Shown: piece by piece, positions 23,423 to 31,827 of the stretch | Layout: each line of letters opens with the position of its first letter | How positions within the stretch are numbered: the stretch's first letter is position 1 | Virus record (IMG/VR): IMGVR_UViG_3300029927_000113 | Length of the DNA: 42,173 bases | Direction: 5' to 3' (one strand) | Source of the DNA: a virus | The notes under the pieces: model-generated | Seen by the model: the letters and a program-made list of their open reading frames with translations, nothing else | Told to the model about the DNA's origin: nothing | The model's database searches: none | Translations under genes and position numbers: made by a program

Positions 23423-23749
23423 ATGTCGCATTTTGCGGTTGACTTATGTCTCGTAATGAGACATTTATTAAGAATGAAGAACATATGCCAATGGTCAAAA
23501 ATAAAGCAAATAGCAGTTTTAGCGAACATTCCTGAGTCGACATACCGTACATGGAAGAACAGAGGCAATATTCCACCTGTAAAGCGTGACCTGATCTTAT
23601 ACACCGCGAAAAAATACAACATTGATCTATCCGACGATAATGTGCGCAATCCAAATTCTCCAGATCATAATCCCATAGATACCGTATCCGGTCATCCAGA
23701 ACAATTCCAAAAACTTCTACACACTCAAACACAGGAGCAAACCTTATGA
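23423..23749 (+). CDS. Cro/CI-type HTH regulator
   Basis: IAVLANIPESTYRTWKNRGNIPPVKRDLILY resembles the phage CI-repressor HTH type. If the promoter call at 23439-23467 is right, the real start is the internal ATG at 23477 (MKNICQW), giving a near-leaderless mRNA. Confidence 0.6.
   Translation: MSHFAVDLCLVMRHLLRMKNICQWSKIKQIAVLANIPESTYRTWKNRGNIPPVKRDLILYTAKKYNIDLSDDNVRNPNSPDHNPIDTVSGHPEQFQKLLHTQTQEQTL
23439..23467 (+). promoter_or_regulatory. Candidate rightward early promoter with palindromic operator (PR/OR-like)
   Basis: TTGACT-TATGTCTCGTAATGAGA-CATTTA. The operator ATGTCTC-GTAAT-GAGACAT has a perfect 7-bp dyad. Confidence 0.45.
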
Positions 23750-24210
23750 CCGCCCGAATATTCACCGCGGAACAATACAACGCCTTAAAAATGGCCACAC
23801 GTAAACTGCACAAGAAGTCAGGTGGATTAGAGAGCGCCGCATCCTTAACCCGCGTACAGCATGCGCAGTTAGGTGTATATCAAAATGTAAACGTAACCGA
23901 TCAATTTGCACCAATAGATGTTATCGCGGATCTGGAACACGAAACAGGAACGCCATTTGTTACCGAAGCCTTATGCGCCATAAATAATGGCTATTACACA
24001 CCATTCACAAAATCAACAGCCGCCCCGATCTTCGCCGCTAACTTGGCAATATCGGGTAAAGAGTTTGCCGATGTTATGTCACGCGCGGCCATATCATTGG
24101 AAGATGGAATAATTACGAAGGGTGAAGCTGTAGCAATTATCAATGAAGTTAACGAGGCTATACAGGCTCTCGCCCAGCTTAAATCTGGCTTAGAGGGGCA
24201 ATTCGCTTAA
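23746..24210 (+). CDS. CII-like regulatory protein (tentative)
   Basis: 154 aa, ATGA-coupled to the Cro-like gene. Position and general similarity to CP76-type CII proteins. Weak. Confidence 0.45.
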   Translation: MTARIFTAEQYNALKMATRKLHKKSGGLESAASLTRVQHAQLGVYQNVNVTDQFAPIDVIADLEHETGTPFVTEALCAINNGYYTPFTKSTAAPIFAANLAISGKEFADVMSRAAISLEDGIITKGEAVAIINEVNEAIQALAQLKSGLEGQFA

Positions 24211-24653
24211 TGGATAAAATCCTTATTACATTTAAAACAATGAAAGTCCTGAAAGCTCTCATTGACCATAAAGAACAGGGCAATCACATAGTCCGTATTT
24301 ATGATCTTAGAAAAGAAATGGGAAGTAATATTCACGACGCAGTATATATCCTTCAATCTCATGGCTGTATTTGTATTACAAAGGATAAAGGATTTACTTT
24401 TGCCGAAGTTCTAATCGATAGAAATTGCATTGATCGCTTTATTGCAGGATACGATAAAAATTATAATTCGAGTAATCTATCTCCTAAAATGAAAAAATCA
24501 CCGCCTGTAAAAATATGCCCTTATCACGGGCGCAAATATGAAGATGTTCCCAAAGGCACATTCGATGCCGCCATTCACAACAATGTAACACCAAGCAAAC
24601 AATATCGCACATCCCACCATGGAAGTTCAGCGGGGATGATTAATGATGCTTGA
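24210..24653 (+). CDS. Hypothetical early protein (possible winged-helix N-terminus)
   Basis: 147 aa, TAATG junction with the upstream gene. Confidence 0.55.
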   Translation: MDKILITFKTMKVLKALIDHKEQGNHIVRIYDLRKEMGSNIHDAVYILQSHGCICITKDKGFTFAEVLIDRNCIDRFIAGYDKNYNSSNLSPKMKKSPPVKICPYHGRKYEDVPKGTFDAAIHNNVTPSKQYRTSHHGSSAGMINDA

Positions 24654-25284
24654 GTTTTGCGCACAACATAATGTTGATCCCGCTATTTTCTCCCAATTAT
24701 TTCTAAATAAAGCCACCAGCCTTGTTAATGAACTTGAGGCATTGGAAACACCAACATGGGCAGCGGACGCGGTACTGGAAGAAGAAATTTGCACCCGCCG
24801 TGTCATTGACCCGAATTGCGGCACAGGTGTATTGGCAGAGGCCGCACGTCGAAAAGGGTATGAGGTCTACGCCAATGACATATTCAATTGGGGGTATGAG
24901 CATCAATCATATACTTATGATTTTCTATCAGAGCAGGGCGCACATCATCTTGGCGGTCTTGTGAGTGGCAGTACAGTATTCTTAAACCCACCGTTCAAAT
25001 TGTCCTGCGAGTTTCTTTTACAATGCCGATTACTTGGCGCGCGTAAGGTTATCTTGTTTCAAAATATTACATGGATGACTTCAAAAACACGTCGTGAATT
25101 TTGGAAAAATAACCCACCAACAAGAACATATATTTTTGCAGAGCGTGCAACCACTTGGCGCTTTGATGTGCCGGAACATAAACGCATCGGCACAACTTCA
25201 AAGACCTTCGCATTCTTTGTATGGGATGGATGGGACAACCCCGCCGCCCCAACCAGCCACCTTTTGTACAAGGGAGGTGCGTGA
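24643..25284 (+). CDS. N6-adenine DNA methyltransferase-like (small, orphan)
   Basis: VIDPNCGTGVLAEAA is AdoMet motif I and VFLNPPFK is motif IV (NPPF). Confidence 0.65.
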   Translation: MMLEFCAQHNVDPAIFSQLFLNKATSLVNELEALETPTWAADAVLEEEICTRRVIDPNCGTGVLAEAARRKGYEVYANDIFNWGYEHQSYTYDFLSEQGAHHLGGLVSGSTVFLNPPFKLSCEFLLQCRLLGARKVILFQNITWMTSKTRREFWKNNPPTRTYIFAERATTWRFDVPEHKRIGTTSKTFAFFVWDGWDNPAAPTSHLLYKGGA

Positions 25285-26648
25285 TGTATCAAATGTGCCT
25301 TGATAATGAATTAGTAATTGATAATTTTGCAGGTGGCGGTGGCGCGTCTGCAGGGATTGAAGCAGCATTAAACCGTCCGGTTAATATTGCAATTAATCAT
25401 GACCCAGAGGCGGTGGCGCTTCACAAGATAAATCACCCGCACACGCACCATTATTGCGAAGATGTATTTAGTATAAATCAACGTGAACTTGTTAAGGGTC
25501 GCCCAGTTGGACTTGTTTGGTTGTCGCCTGATTGCACCCACCATTCAAGAGCAAAGGGCGGTAGGCCAGTTAAGAAGAATATACGTGGTTTGGCATGGGT
25601 AGCACTACGTTGGGCAACATTACCAGCACCATCAAAACCGCGTGTAATTATGCTTGAGAACGTAGAAGAGTTTAAGGGATGGGGGCCGCTAGTAAATGGA
25701 AGGCCTTGTAAAGAGCGCAAAGGAAAGACGTTTAATCAATTCTGCGATGCTTTACGCGCACAGGGTTATGTCGTTGAATATCGCTCTCTTACAGCCTCAG
25801 ATTATGGTGCACCCACAAGACGCACAAGATTATTCCTTATCGCACGTAGCGATGGTCAGCCAATTGTATGGCCTAACCCTACACATGGTAAAAAGGGTTC
25901 TGGATTATTACCGGAAAAAATAGCCGGTGACTGCATAGATTGGTCGGTGCCTGGTCAAAGCATCTTTGGGCGCAAGCGTCCACTTGTTGAAAAAACAATG
26001 ATCCGTATAGCGCGTGGTATGCAGAAGTTTATAATTGATGATGACAATCCGTATATTGTTCCGCACCAAGGACACCACACGGCATCATTCATCAATGAGC
26101 ACGCAAATTCATCTAGCCAGAGAATAATTGATATTCAAAAACCACTACCTACAATTTGTGCGCAGGTTAAGGGCGGTCACTTCTCTTTGGTGTCAGCATA
26201 TTTAATACGGTATTTTGGTAACGGTTTTGCAAACTCAATCAAGCAACCAATACCAACAATCATGGCTGGCGGTGGTGGTAAAAGTGCCTTAGTCACTGCA
26301 TTTTTGGTGAAATATTATGGGGCAGATAAACACGGTCAGGCTTTAAACGTTCCGCTGGATACCATCACCACAAATGATCGTTTCGGCTTAGTCACGGTCA
26401 AAGGTATTGATTACCAAATTGTAGATATAACTCTACGAATGCTTTTATCAAGAGAGCTATATACAGCTCAAGGATTCACTAAAGATTACAAGATTGATTT
26501 TGAATATAACGGGCGACCATTAAGCAAAACGTCGAAGGTGCGTATGTGTGGCAATTCAGTTAGCCCCTATATGTCATACGTCCTAACTGACGCTAACTTC
26601 ATGCAATCATCCTTATTTGTTGATCAAAGATTTAGGCGGGTGTCATGA
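25284..26648 (+). CDS. DNA C5-cytosine methyltransferase
   Basis: DNFAGGGGAS (motif I), LSPDCTHHS (PC motif), MLENVEEF (ENV), TRRTRLFLIA (motif VIII), MCGNSVSP (motif X). ATG at 25284 follows AGGGAGG and overlaps the upstream TGA. Confidence 0.9.
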   Translation: MYQMCLDNELVIDNFAGGGGASAGIEAALNRPVNIAINHDPEAVALHKINHPHTHHYCEDVFSINQRELVKGRPVGLVWLSPDCTHHSRAKGGRPVKKNIRGLAWVALRWATLPAPSKPRVIMLENVEEFKGWGPLVNGRPCKERKGKTFNQFCDALRAQGYVVEYRSLTASDYGAPTRRTRLFLIARSDGQPIVWPNPTHGKKGSGLLPEKIAGDCIDWSVPGQSIFGRKRPLVEKTMIRIARGMQKFIIDDDNPYIVPHQGHHTASFINEHANSSSQRIIDIQKPLPTICAQVKGGHFSLVSAYLIRYFGNGFANSIKQPIPTIMAGGGGKSALVTAFLVKYYGADKHGQALNVPLDTITTNDRFGLVTVKGIDYQIVDITLRMLLSRELYTAQGFTKDYKIDFEYNGRPLSKTSKVRMCGNSVSPYMSYVLTDANFMQSSLFVDQRFRRVS

Positions 26649-26818
26649 AATTAAACACCCTACGTTACGACCACATAAAACTAGCCGCGACCCATAGTGA
26701 ATTTATAAATGAGGTGATTAACCATGCGCATGATCGACGTGATCCAATATTAGAGGATTTGGCGCGTAGTTATCGCGATGCCATGCAAAAGGATATGGAG
26801 GGCAGGGAATGCGTTTAA
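26645..26818 (+). CDS. Small hypothetical protein (57 aa)
   Basis: ATGA overlap with the methyltransferase stop. MKLNTLRYDHIKLAATHSEFINEVINHAHDRRDPILEDLARSYRDAMQKDMEGRECV. Its stop overlaps the stop of the convergent antitoxin gene. Confidence 0.4.
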   Translation: MKLNTLRYDHIKLAATHSEFINEVINHAHDRRDPILEDLARSYRDAMQKDMEGRECV

Positions 26819-27342
26819 ATCAAATCTTCCATTGCAACACCCAGAGCCTCGGCCAGACTTTGAATACCCTCGACACTGCCCGTTTTCTTGCCTGTTTCGA
26901 TTTGTGCGATCATGGATCGACCAACTCCCGACATTTCGGACAACATCAATTGCGAGTATCCACGATAGTTGCGGAAAACCATAACAGGGCTGTCCCCGCT
27001 AATCATTGCCTCGACAACCTCGGAGGGAAAACTTTCCTCATCTCTGGTCTCAAGGAATGCAATACGGTCTTTAAGGTCTCTATTTTCTATCAACAGTTTA
27101 TTTTCAAGTATAGAGTTAGACGTGGAAACGGGTCTTTCGAAACATACATCTTCATAAGTGATAATTTTTTTAAGCTGAGCAAATTGTCTGATTTTATCCT
27201 GCACTTTACGCACAGCATCTTCAGTAATTGTAGCGGTAATATCTGCACTATCATGAGCAGACCTTCCTATGCGGTTTGTAACAAGGTGACCGCCATCAGC
27301 TTTACGATTTTTAACTTTATCATTTTGTCTCTTAATATTCAT
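26815..27342 (-). CDS. HigA/XRE-type antitoxin with long N-terminal extension
   Basis: C-terminal HTH: GYSQLMLSEMSGVGRSMIAQIETGKKTGSVEGIQSLAEALGV. 175 aa. ATGA-coupled downstream of the RelE-like gene. Confidence 0.75.
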   Translation of the reverse strand: MNIKRQNDKVKNRKADGGHLVTNRIGRSAHDSADITATITEDAVRKVQDKIRQFAQLKKIITYEDVCFERPVSTSNSILENKLLIENRDLKDRIAFLETRDEESFPSEVVEAMISGDSPVMVFRNYRGYSQLMLSEMSGVGRSMIAQIETGKKTGSVEGIQSLAEALGVAMEDLI

Positions 27343-27617
27343 TTTTTATACACATCCCCTCTGTTTCCAATTTTAAATATTTCTAATATCTTAATTTCTG
27401 TATCAACAGTGTATAGCACTCTGATATCTCCAAATCTTTTGCGGTATCCATTCTCTACATCCAATAATGGCTTTATATTTACATCTGGTTTAAATGGGTC
27501 TTTCGCAACCTCTTTCATTCCAGCCACAATGGTTTTGGCCTTTGCTTTTTGCATCTTCCGTAAAGTTCTCAATGTTTTCTTTTTGTATGTCGTTTCCATG
27601 TATTCATTGTTACCCAT
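27339..27617 (-). CDS. RelE/ParE-superfamily toxin (HigB-like gene order)
   Basis: C-terminus KRFGDIRVLYTVDTEIKILEIFKIGNRGDVYKK is the typical RelE/ParE signature. 92 aa. The toxin gene precedes the antitoxin. Confidence 0.8.
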   Translation of the reverse strand: MGNNEYMETTYKKKTLRTLRKMQKAKAKTIVAGMKEVAKDPFKPDVNIKPLLDVENGYRKRFGDIRVLYTVDTEIKILEIFKIGNRGDVYKK

Positions 27618-27658
27618 AGTAACAACAAAGTCAAGGGTTATTGTTACCTATAGTAACA
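27606..27658. promoter_or_regulatory. Two copies of a 19-bp palindromic operator upstream of or overlapping the relE-like start
   Basis: ATTGTTACCCATAGTAACA (27606-27624) and ATTGTTACCTATAGTAACA (27640-27658) are 18/19 identical. Each carries a TGTTAC/GTAACA dyad. Centres are 34 bp apart. Confidence 0.5.
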
Positions 27659-27673
27659 TATTTTTAGGGGGAA

Positions 27674-29128
27674 ATGCAAATGCATCATAATCAAGACTTT
27701 CCCAGTATAGATAATGTCCATAATTTGCCACCTATAGAGCCACACAGCGGCGAAGCGGAGCAGGGGTTACTTGGCGCGTTGTTGGTATTTAACAAAGCCT
27801 ATGACGATATATCATCAACCTTAAGGGCAGAACATTTCTACCTCCCCATTCATCAAGAGATATTCACCGCAATCTCCAAAGCAATAGGTGAGGGGAAAAC
27901 CGCATCACCAGTGTTTTTGAAAGCACAATTTGATAATGATAAATCATTAGAATACTTAGGCGGCGCACAATATTTAAACGACCTTGCCGCAGGCGTAATA
28001 AGTCAACTAAACGTCAAAGATTATGCCGCGACGATCAAGGAGCTATTTGATAGGCGTAATTTGATTACAGGCCTGCGTGAGGTATTGGACGCCGCATATA
28101 ATACCAGTATCCTTGACCGCGGAACTGTCTTGGAAATGGCAAATCAGGCCGTGAATACGTTGGTCGATGATATGCCATCACGACAATACACCGCCGCCTC
28201 TGCCATATCAGAGGCCTTGGCATTTACCCAAGGCATTAAAGACGGAACAATTTCACCCATCAAGACAGGGTTGAGGGAATTGGATGGCGCAATAAACGGC
28301 CTGTATTCATCGTGCCTTTATATTATTGCGGGTAGACCCGGCATGGGCAAAACCGCCCTTGCCATGAACATGGCGGAGAATATCGCAAACCCAGAGTTTG
28401 GTAGGCCTACACCGTCCGCATTCTTTACACTTGAAATGTCCGCACCTCAATTGGCGATGCGTATATTGGCACGCCACACAGGCATTCCAGTTGATAGGCA
28501 AATGAGTACGGATAAATTAAGCGATGATGAATGGAGGCGCTTAACCTCCGCACAGCAAAAACACGCAAAAACGCCGTTAATCATTGAGGATTGTGCGGGT
28601 GTAAATTTGGCCCAAATAATATCCAAGGCCAGAAAGATACGCCGTACGCATGGTAAGTTTGTGATGTTTATTGATTACCTTGGTTTGATTTCTTCAGAGC
28701 ACAACAACATACAAATGGTTCATCAAATTGCGGCCATAACCAAAGGACTAAAATCTCTGGCCAAGGAATTGGATATCCCTGTTGTATTACTGTCGCAGCT
28801 ATCCCGAAAGGTAGAAGAACGCGAGGATAAGCGCCCATTAAAATCCGACCTACGCGATAGTGGAGCGATTGAACAGGATGCAGATGTGATCATGTTCCCA
28901 TACCGCCATGAATATTACCTCGCCCGTCAGGAACCCATAAAAACCCAGAATACAGGCGGCGGCAAACATGAACAGAAGGTACGTGACTGGGAATTTGAAC
29001 TTGGTGAATCGCGCGGCAAAGCCGACATCATTATCGCCAAAAACAGATATGGCCGAGAGCCAACAATCAAACTTCGCTTTAACGGTAAAAGACAATTATT
29101 CCATGATATTTCAGAAAGGGTTCAATGA
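27674..29128 (+). CDS. dnaB: Replicative DNA helicase DnaB
   Basis: GEAEQGLLGALL N-terminal motif, Walker A GRPGMGKTALAMNMA, LSQLSR, IIAKNRYG. Confidence 0.9.
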   Translation: MQMHHNQDFPSIDNVHNLPPIEPHSGEAEQGLLGALLVFNKAYDDISSTLRAEHFYLPIHQEIFTAISKAIGEGKTASPVFLKAQFDNDKSLEYLGGAQYLNDLAAGVISQLNVKDYAATIKELFDRRNLITGLREVLDAAYNTSILDRGTVLEMANQAVNTLVDDMPSRQYTAASAISEALAFTQGIKDGTISPIKTGLRELDGAINGLYSSCLYIIAGRPGMGKTALAMNMAENIANPEFGRPTPSAFFTLEMSAPQLAMRILARHTGIPVDRQMSTDKLSDDEWRRLTSAQQKHAKTPLIIEDCAGVNLAQIISKARKIRRTHGKFVMFIDYLGLISSEHNNIQMVHQIAAITKGLKSLAKELDIPVVLLSQLSRKVEEREDKRPLKSDLRDSGAIEQDADVIMFPYRHEYYLARQEPIKTQNTGGGKHEQKVRDWEFELGESRGKADIIIAKNRYGREPTIKLRFNGKRQLFHDISERVQ

Positions 29129-29898
29129 TGAACAATGACGAGGATATAAACATCCTGTTCGTCGATTGGTGCGCCAGTGACGTTTTAAAAGAAACCCAGA
29201 TGCTAGAACCATACGAGGACTTAGCCTATCGCATCATCATGGATTTCATCTTATCAACCAACGATAATTTACCCGATGATGACAGGCGTTTGGCACGCTT
29301 GACCAAAACATTTCGTAAATGGAAGGGCATTAAACAGACCCTTATTGATTTCAATTTAATTGAGTTGGAAAACGGGTTTATACGACACAAAAAAGTGACT
29401 TCTAAACTGCAACATGCGCGCAAATTTTATGAACAGAAAAGGGGTGCGGGGATTGCGTCGGCGAAGAAACGTAAGGCATTGAAAAATAAAGAAACCAAAT
29501 CAACGGACGTTACAACGGACGTACCAACGCCCGAACAAGCGAACGTACAAACGACCGAGGCAACTAACTACTTAACTACTAAACTAAAGAAAAAAAGAAA
29601 GAAAAAAAGAAAATCAACGGATCAAAAAACATTACCCCCACCGGATGAAACAGAACCAATTCCTGAAAATCAAACAAGCCTCTGGTTTGATGGAGATATC
29701 ATCACCCTAGATAAAACCGATTACCACGGCTGGCTTGATATATTTCAGGGTAATGACGATCAGTTCATGGATTGGTTGAACGCCCGAGACACTTGGCTTT
29801 CAAATAAAACAAATGGCAAATCCAACTGGAAAAAATCCACCTTCGCCGCCCTTAACAAACTTTCAATTACCTCAAAAAATCAGGAGATATCCGCATGA
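29125..29898 (+). CDS. DUF1376-like replication-associated protein
   Basis: YEDLAYRIIMDFILSTNDNLPDDDRRLARLTK matches the DUF1376 N-terminal pattern. ATGA-coupled to dnaB. Contains a K-rich low-complexity linker. Confidence 0.55.
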   Translation: MMNNDEDINILFVDWCASDVLKETQMLEPYEDLAYRIIMDFILSTNDNLPDDDRRLARLTKTFRKWKGIKQTLIDFNLIELENGFIRHKKVTSKLQHARKFYEQKRGAGIASAKKRKALKNKETKSTDVTTDVPTPEQANVQTTEATNYLTTKLKKKRKKKRKSTDQKTLPPPDETEPIPENQTSLWFDGDIITLDKTDYHGWLDIFQGNDDQFMDWLNARDTWLSNKTNGKSNWKKSTFAALNKLSITSKNQEISA

Positions 29899-30380
29899 AC
29901 CACACAGGCTTCGTTGATGAAAAATATATAAAAGTTATCGTTGAAAGCGCAGGGCGTACCCTGACAATGCTACCCAACACAGGGGCTTGGCCTGCGGGGT
30001 ATCGATCTTGTTGGCCTGAATATATTCGGGAGTGGGGCGACCTGATCGAAGCACCGAAAGAATTTAACCCACAGCGCATTCGCCCAACCGTGGCGCAGAT
30101 GAATGAACTTGAAACGGTGGAGGATTGGATTGTTGGTTTGGCCAATCATTGCCGCCGACGTCACCGCACCGAGATATCACGTTGCGTTGCCGCGGCGATG
30201 TTACATCACCCATTCATCGAAGGACGCAGGATCTATTCATTCCGTAAGTTGGGCAATATGTTTGGTACGTCAAATCACACGGTAAAGAAGTGGTACATGG
30301 AAGGCCTACACATCATCGCCAATAACGTCAATTTGGAGCAAAGCGCCAATGACACAAAACCACATTTTTTAACTGCATAG
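29895..30380 (+). CDS. Putative late-gene regulator (C-terminal sigma region-4-like HTH)
   Basis: FRKLGNMFGTSNHTVKKWYMEGLHIIANNV. It is the last gene of the rightward early operon. Function inferred from position only. Confidence 0.4.
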   Translation: MNHTGFVDEKYIKVIVESAGRTLTMLPNTGAWPAGYRSCWPEYIREWGDLIEAPKEFNPQRIRPTVAQMNELETVEDWIVGLANHCRRRHRTEISRCVAAAMLHHPFIEGRRIYSFRKLGNMFGTSNHTVKKWYMEGLHIIANNVNLEQSANDTKPHFLTA

Positions 30381-30447
30381 ACATCTTAAGCTAATCAATT
30401 TATGGTAGTTTTCTTAATAGTATAAGTTGAGTGGAATAATAAATAAT

Positions 30448-31734
30448 ATGGTAAGTATTAATAAAAAAAGCAAAAAACCTACTATCTACAGGATTACATC
30501 CGTATGTGGCGAACATATACCGTTCCGAACTAAAAAAGATCTTATTAAATGGTGCGAGAAGGAGGCCTTATTGTGGTCTACGTTTTTTGGTGTTTTTTCG
30601 AAATATGTTAATTCAAATAATAAGATCATGGGAAATGAAGGAAGGAGAATTTATTCAGAACTCATGAAAGAAATTCCAAAATACCAAGTAGAACCATATG
30701 AAACCTTAATTGAGACTATACTACTCTCGAACAATAGTATTGAAGGTGTAGAACGTGCGGTTAGTAATTTTAATGCTTCACCGTCATATGTATCCACGTC
30801 TGAGAAGGGTAAGAAAATAATTGAATTAAGTCATGATAGGATTGGAGTGTCAGTTTTACTTTTTTCTATTTTGCATCCAAATATTTGTGTTGAGACTATG
30901 CATATTACTACTGGAAACTATGCCAATGCTGCTTCTACAAAAGCAGTAAGTGCTGATTTGAACTATGCTCGAATAGAAGCATATCTTATTGAAAGTCAAT
31001 TTTTCTCAGAAACGAAGACTAAGAATGACATCTTGGATAAAATAATTTTTGATTCTAGATCCAAGCGTCATATGGCAGAAGAACTTTACACCGATCAAGT
31101 GGATTTAACTAATAAGATAAAGGATAGTTTGAGCAAGCTGGCTGCAGAGAAAACTCAAGAAATTGCAGAGTTTACCGAAAATCAGAATAACCTGCTAAAA
31201 GAAGAAAAGTTGAAATATGAGAATACATTAAAATCTCTAACGGAAACATATAAAACTGAATATGGGGTAAGGGAGGCTATTGAATACTGGAAGACTGAAC
31301 AACAGCAGTTTACTATCAATGCTACTCTTTGGGCTGTAGCACTCCTCGCCCTAATGTTGGCTTCTGTTAATCATTTTTCACTACTATTTTCATTCGTTTT
31401 GGAGGTCTTAGATACCCTTCCAGACTACGCTAAGTCACACTACGTTGTAATGTTCACAGTTTCTTTTCCAGTCTTCTTAGTAGTCTGGGTATTAAGGATT
31501 TGTGCAAGAAACTTGAACTGTAATTTAAGATATATGAATGAGGCCAGACATAGATTGGTTTTGACTAAAACCTTTTTGGCATTAATGGCAGGGGGACAAG
31601 CGGAAGGACCAGATAGAATATTAATCCTAAATGCTCTGTATCAGCCCCTAGAAAAACATTCCGATGATGGTATGCCTCCAAATTGGTACACATTAATCAT
31701 GGAACGTATGTCCAAAGATGTTGGCAAAGTGTAA
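30448..31734 (+). CDS. Membrane protein: soluble N-domain + coiled coil + C-terminal 2TM module (unknown function)
   Basis: Likely starts at ATG 30448 (MVSINKK); the track uses TTG at 30427. TM helices ATLWAVALLALMLASVNHF and VVMFTVSFPVFLVVWVL, followed by RICARNLNCNLRYMNEARHRLVLTKTFLAL. Very AT-rich. Confidence 0.6.
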   Translation: MVSINKKSKKPTIYRITSVCGEHIPFRTKKDLIKWCEKEALLWSTFFGVFSKYVNSNNKIMGNEGRRIYSELMKEIPKYQVEPYETLIETILLSNNSIEGVERAVSNFNASPSYVSTSEKGKKIIELSHDRIGVSVLLFSILHPNICVETMHITTGNYANAASTKAVSADLNYARIEAYLIESQFFSETKTKNDILDKIIFDSRSKRHMAEELYTDQVDLTNKIKDSLSKLAAEKTQEIAEFTENQNNLLKEEKLKYENTLKSLTETYKTEYGVREAIEYWKTEQQQFTINATLWAVALLALMLASVNHFSLLFSFVLEVLDTLPDYAKSHYVVMFTVSFPVFLVVWVLRICARNLNCNLRYMNEARHRLVLTKTFLALMAGGQAEGPDRILILNALYQPLEKHSDDGMPPNWYTLIMERMSKDVGKV

Positions 31735-31827
31735 TTCGTCCTAGCATTAACTTGGTACTGAGTGATAAAGACAATAAATTTATTTTTGCAATTGATGACC
31801 CAAATCCGTTGAAAAAGAAGGATCTAA

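Noticed and set aside
26809-27690. 293-aa + strand ORF, the longest unannotated ORF in the track
   Set aside because: It lies entirely antisense to the RelE-like and HigA-like genes, which have clear family signatures and ATGA coupling. Its translation is low-complexity (F/I/S/N-rich), typical of the shadow frame of AT-rich genes, and it has no RBS.
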